A stretch of DNA of 64,000 nucleotides from Octopus bimaculoides (Eukaryota), in contig NC_068990.1 of assembly GCF_001194135.2 (NCBI RefSeq), forward strand, positions 88,650,286 to 88,714,285, written 5' to 3'. Positions 54,562 to 61,400 of this stretch are shown piece after piece. A program made the translations under genes and the position numbers. The first letter of the stretch is position 1. Each line of letters begins with the position of its first letter. A model generated the notes under the pieces. It did no database searches and was not told the origin of the DNA. It was given only the letters and a program-made list of their open reading frames with translations.

Positions 54562-54595
<34 letters not shown>

Positions 54596-55434
54596 GGTTG
54601 TGGCACTGGTGCTGGTGCTTGTTGTGGTAGTGGGTGAAGCAGAAGTAGTTGTGATAACAACAGCTTTTACTACATTTGTGTATGTTGGCATGGCTTAGAC
54701 ATTGCTATTGCTGCACCATATCTCGGCATTAGGTGTTGTCCTTCATTATCTGATATGCAGACTAACCGAAGTAATGCCAGTTTATGTAATTGTGTAACTC
54801 CTATATTTTGTCATGGTTGTTATAGCAAAATGTACTTTTTATTGCCAACCATTTATACAACATAAAGTGAATTAGAGAAGTTGTCTGCTGAGACTAAAGA
54901 AACTTCTCTGCCTAAAATAAGTTACTATTTTCAGAACAGTCTCAGAGTATTAAGAACTGACCAACTAGCAAATTCACTCAGTTTTACTGCAAGGATTTGG
55001 TCCTTTACAGTTGAAATCCTTCTTTCTTGAAACCTTGTACTAGGTTTAGTGATCACAGTATTAGAATACTCATGAATGCTAGGATGACATTGTTAATGCG
55101 ATGAATTCTTCTGGATCAAAAAGAAAAGTGAGCCATTCCTCTGTATATCTACAAGAAACTTTCATCAGAATTAAATAGCAAACTTAACTGCAATATTTAT
55201 CCTGGGTAGCCTCAAGAAGTTTGAGTACTTTCACAGATCAGCTTTATACAGAGACAGTAACCTAGAAATTTCAAGTAATATGCACTATGATACCATGAAA
55301 AGGTTTAGAACTCAACATGGAAAATTTCACCTTCCTCTCCTGTTTTATGTAAAGACTTAAGAATCTGCCCAGCCTAACCTCAAACTAACTCACCAAGCCT
55401 ACTCCCAAGACAAGACAAAGAGAGGGAGGGAGAG

Positions 55435-55484
<50 letters not shown>

Positions 55485-58400
55485 CGTGTATCCTAAATTT
55501 GATTTGATTCAGTGTTATACATGTATATTAAATAGCTTATGTAGTTTTTTTAACGAATATACATTGTCATTATGTTTGAGAAATTTACTATGATTAAGAG
55601 AACTGCAAAAGCCAATGTTTGTGTGTGTGTGTGTCCCCATCTGTTTTGAGTGTGGGCATAAAATTTACTCTTTGTTTTCTTTTTTCTTTCTAGCCAAAGA
55701 TAAGAAAATTAAGCTTCATAAAGTTAGCATATCTGAGCAAGATATTTTAGGACAGCTTCAGAATGTGAACTTAAAGAAGTGTAATGAAGCTTGCCATCAA
55801 CATCCAGAATGTAATTCATATCAGTACAATGAGAAAGAAATGATCTGTGATTTGAGTAATGGGACTCATTTGACTGATAAACTTAAACTCAATGATGGAA
55901 ATGGGGATACTTACATCTTTGATAAAGGTCAGTAGAGTATTTTCATTTTATTTTTATGTGCATGCTTATGTGTGTCTTACATATTAAAATTGAAAATGTC
56001 TCTGTGTGTGTATCAGTATGTCCTCGTTTTGCACCAAAATGGTTTGACCAGTTTTTCTTAAACTTCACATGCACATTGCTTATGCGTCTGGGGAGGTTTT
56101 AAGTATAAGTTGATTTCGAAAAATGTTCGGGTAAACGGCAGGAGGTATAACATTTGGGCGTGAGTGAACACTGGGAGTAATTATTTTTTAGCTTCCAAGG
56201 GAAATAACCCATCCCCTCCTGGAAATAACCACCAAGGGAAATAACCCATTCATTTTCAGTATTCTTATTTCTTAGTATTTGAACTATTTTAGTTATTTTT
56301 CTTAATTTATCCAATACAACGCTTAAACAAGTAAATAGTATTCTCCTAAACAATAGATCCACTTATTTCAGTTAGTGACTTATTCACGAATATACCAACA
56401 CTAGCGCTGCTGAGGGTAATATTCTCTGGGAACGCACAAAAGCTTTTTTTCACAATTAATTACTTTGAATTGTTATTATCTCATGTCTAATTAGCCTGTT
56501 ATTACATAACATGTTTCACAATTTTAGTATACATACCTTATTAGTATTGCCTCCTAAAATCTATATACTCTCAGAATGTATCAAAGCCCTTTTCGGAGCT
56601 ACTTTATCTGAATTTTTATTATAGGGTAATTAATTTCATGTTATTACATAACTGACTTCACAATTTGGGTATTCATAACTTATTGAGAATTCCTAAAAAC
56701 AAATACTTTGTAAGACAGTTTGGTATTCTCAATAAATACACAAAAACCGTTTTAAGGGCTACATACTTTGTATTGTTGTTACTGGATTAGCGAAACAAGT
56801 ATGAGAATGGAACCAAGGGATAAGCTTGCTTTCCCAGGAATTACCAGGTATGTCAACTACTGTATATATATATATATATATATGCTTATTATAGCCTCAG
56901 GTTGACCAAAACTTTCTGAGTGGATTTCGTACTTGGAAACTGAAAGAATAAATGTCGTATATATGTGTGTGCGTGTCTTGTGTTTGTACCCCCACCATTG
57001 CTTGACAACTGATGCTGCTGCGTTTATATTCCCATAACTTAGCGGTTTGGTAAAAGACCCTGACAGAGTGAGTACTAGGCTTACAAAGAATAAATCCCGT
57101 GGTTGATTTTTCCGACTAATGGCGATGCTCCAGCATGGCCGCAGTCACATGACTGAAACAAGTAAAACAATAAAAATCTAGGAACTGCTATCATAAATAT
57201 TGGTAACATCAACAATAATTATAAATATTTTTAACCCATGCCAGCATGGACAGTGGACATTAAATGATGATGATGCTGAGTAGTGATGGATTGAGAGAAT
57301 CATCAGAACATCAGACAAAATGTGTTGTGGTATATATTGTGGCTCTTTGACTTCTGAGTTCAGATCTGGCTGATGTCAAATTTGCTTTGTCAGGGCCAAT
57401 AAAATAAAATCCCAGTCAAATATAGGGACCAATTTAACCAGTTAACTCTTACCTTAAACTTTTGTCCTTCTTTCTACATTATAAATTAAATTATTGTTGT
57501 TGTTTCTCTTCATATTAATTTTTTAATTTTTTTATTCCAGTTGCTAAGAAATATTTTGTGAAAGTAAAAAATGGAACACTGGATGTACCTGAGAAATTGT
57601 TGTGGCATAGGAAAAATATAACAGCAGAAGACTGTGCCAAAAAATGCTTTTCTGAAAAAAATTGTTTATCGTTTGAAATAAATAAAGAAAATAGAAAATG
57701 TTACTTATCAAAGGAAACTGCAGCTGCCTCCAAGAAAATAAAATCAGCCAAAGACAGAGATTACTACCAACGAGTAAAACGTAATTACTCTTTATGTTCC
57801 TCTTTTTCTGAAATTTGTGATTCCATTTGTACTTCATAGTATATAGACAACCATTTGTGTAAAGACATTGACAGGTTTATCTATAAGGACAGATATGGAC
57901 GTAGTCCTCGGAAAGAAAAGCAATATTAGGAAATGTGGTTCTGTTAAGACATTCTCAAACAGAATTTGTTCACTTTAAACACTTTTATGCATGATTGAAG
58001 TTGCTTTTCATGTGCTGGTGGCTGTAAGAAAGGAAGCTCTTATGTTTCTTAAATCTGAGTAGTAGTGGTGGTAGAAATCACTTCAAATTTTGGTACAAGG
58101 CCAGCAGTTTTGAGGGGACAGTATTAGTTCATACTGCTGACCCCCAGTTCTTGATAGATTTCATAATTCATCAAAATCAGAAGGATGAAAAATAGTTTTT
58201 CTTGGCAGAGTTTGAACTTGAAATGTAATGAGATGGAAGACATACTGCTAGGTAGCATGGCTTTTGCACAGTATCTTGCTATTTGTTCCTCTCCTCCGTA
58301 ATCTGATACACAAAATAACAGAAGAAAATGATTATTTCCCTAGCTTACTCATATGTTATGTACAAGCTTTACAAAAGAATTATTATTTCAAATACTTCTA

Positions 58401-61400
58401 TTATGTTATATATTTAAAACTTTAGATAATATAAGTACCTTATAATTGAAATTTTTATTTTAAATATTTGAAACTCATCTGGTTCATTATTTTCTAAATG
58501 GACAATTTATTATAAAAATAGAATCCATCGATCAAACTATTTTTTGACATGAGATATCCTTCTCAAAATTAATGTGAATTCTAGTACATCATGAGACACA
58601 CATGGAACCTTGCCTCACTGTTTTAGGCTGTAGATAATACATTTGTACACCCCTCTTCTGATGGTGTGCTTTTGTTTAAGATTAAATTACCATAAGGACA
58701 CTTCACATGCTGGTTGTCCATCTTTTGAACTATGTTTAGATTCAACAAAAGCACACCATTAGAAAAGGAAAGCACAAATGGATTACAGGCAACTTAAATT
58801 TTGAAACAATGTTTGAAATGAGCCTGAAGATGTTTTACATTCACATGAATTCTGACTAAGTTGTCATTTTGTAGATCAATTATTTGTTTATAATGCAGGC
58901 ATGTGCAACCCATACTTGCATGGATAATGAATGTTCAATGATGATGGTGATGATGATGATAATCATCATCATTTAAAACAAATAATGCACTAAATGCTAT
59001 ATAATATTTAATATGCATGTGTGACTATAAAATGTCTTTTTTGTTTTCTTTCATTTCTTTTTTATCTAGCCGATGATGATGTCTTTACATTAAAAAGAAC
59101 TGCCATACCAGGGCATGATTCACCTGATCGGATTAAAGAAATCAGTTTAAAGGAGTGTGATCGTGCTTGTCTTCAAATTCCAGGATGTAAATCTTATGAG
59201 TACCATGAAAAATATAGTTACTGTGATCCAAGTAATAAGACTCACCTGACTCATGACCTTAAACCCAACGAAGATGGATGGGATATACACCTCATGAACC
59301 CAGGTCAGTGGAGTGTATTCAATGACAGCAATTTTTTCTTTTTCTCTCTTTGTTCCTTCTCTTTCTGACTTTTCCCCTTTGTTTTTATATATTGTAATGA
59401 TGACAGCATTACACTATATACGTATATACATACATGTATATTTGTGTGCATGTATTTATATCTGAATGTAATTTTTTTCTATTTGATTCACTCAATACTT
59501 TTTCTTGTAATATTACCATTTCCTCATTCTCGTTCTCCTCCTAAGATTCACATACCATTCATATCAGTTTCTTTTACCATTTCCAGTTTACTCAAATATT
59601 AACTGTGGACCTCCAAAAGATATTGCTCGTGGATCGACTTTCTTCAATTCCACCATTTATAGATCTGAGGTGACCTATAGATGCCAAAATGGAGAAAAAC
59701 TAAAGTCAGTGTGTACAAAGGACAATAAGTGGACTTCAATAACATCTATTTGTAAAGGTAACATAAATAGCTTCTCTTTGTTGTCTCTGTCTAAGTAATT
59801 TTGTTTACTTTTGTAATAAATATCTTTGTCAGAGGAAGACTGGTTGACTCCATATTAATTTTCTAAGTGTCTGTGGTTGGTATGTGGAAGACATTTCCAC
59901 AAATTATGCAACAGAGTGAACTCCATTAATTCTACCCAAGGGGTAGATAATGATATTAAATTGGTAGATGGGTTAAGTCTGCCAAACAAAAGCTGAAAGT
60001 GTAGAAACTTGTCACAAACAAGCTTGCACAACCAGATTTCAGATTTCCAGCAACCAGATTTCATGCACAAAGCTGAGTTGTGAAGCAAATCCTTAACCAC
60101 AGACAAAACTACATTGTTGTTAGGTAAACTTCTTACCTCTGTAGCTATTCCTTGGCAAATCTTGATAGTTTTTCTCTTAATTTCTAACTTTTGCAGCCAT
60201 CCCAAACTTTTTACAATATACTTCCATGAGTCCTTATTTTGTAAAACTCAGCAGCCCTTTAAAACAGACTTCTTGTTATTTTCCACTTCATACCCTTTAA
60301 TTACATTATTAATAATAATGTTTCCTGATTTATACACAAAGGTAAGTTTTGATGAGAGTTGTTTAGTCAATACCATCAGCCTTATAATTTGATATATACA
60401 TTATGTCATTGACCTCCAACAAGTATGAAAGGCAAAGTGAACTCTGGCTTCATTTGAACTGATATCCAAAAGACCCGAAATACACAATTTAAAGCTTTTC
60501 TTCCAATTCTCTCATTACTATACATTGATAATGATGTTGAAGATGTTGAGGCAAAATTCTTGAATGTAGATGGATGTCGGTCTAGGGCTAATTGAAGAAC
60601 CCCCATCATGTCTTTCTCATGGGCAGTAACTGACTATGTAAAGTGGACTAATTTAGACTGAGAATCAAACGCAGATCATTGGCGCACACCACTCAGCACA
60701 TATTTATACTAAAAGAACAACTAGGGGATAAATACCCATGGTCACTTCCTGCATAGAAAACAAATAGTAAAGTAGCTAATTTTTGAAGCAGCAAGGCACC
60801 AGACATCTCTATTTATATTTATTCACTAGATGAGATGAGAGAAAAATTATTTTTGTTGTCTCAGGTCAAACATTGCAAAAGAATAAAGTCATTGGCTATA
60901 ATCTTTCTCATGACTGGCCATATTTAGTTACATTCTTTTACATTCTGGGTTCAAATCCCACCTGATGAACACTAATCAAGTAGTGAGATCAATCTAGTCA
61001 TATGTATTCTCACCACAGACAGAGTGGCCTTGCGTTTAAGTTCATAACCATTCATTAATATCAGTGACATCAATAATAATTATAATAATTCTTGTCATTA
61101 AAGATGATAGATTGATGGAATCATTAGAGCATCAGAGAAAATGTGCTGTGGTATTTGTTCTGGCTCTTTAATGCCTGATTTCAAATTCTGCTGATGTTAA
61201 ATACAATGCCAATCAAGTGTAGGTGGACAATTTAATCAACCCTCTCCTACCACAAAGATTTAGGCTTCTTGCTATAATAGCAAATAATATTATTATTCTT
61301 GTATTTCATTGATTGAAATTTTATTTTAAATCTAGATGTTAAGAGCGAATTTGTGAAAGTAAATGATGCATTTCTTGATGTACCTGAGAAAAAACTGTGG

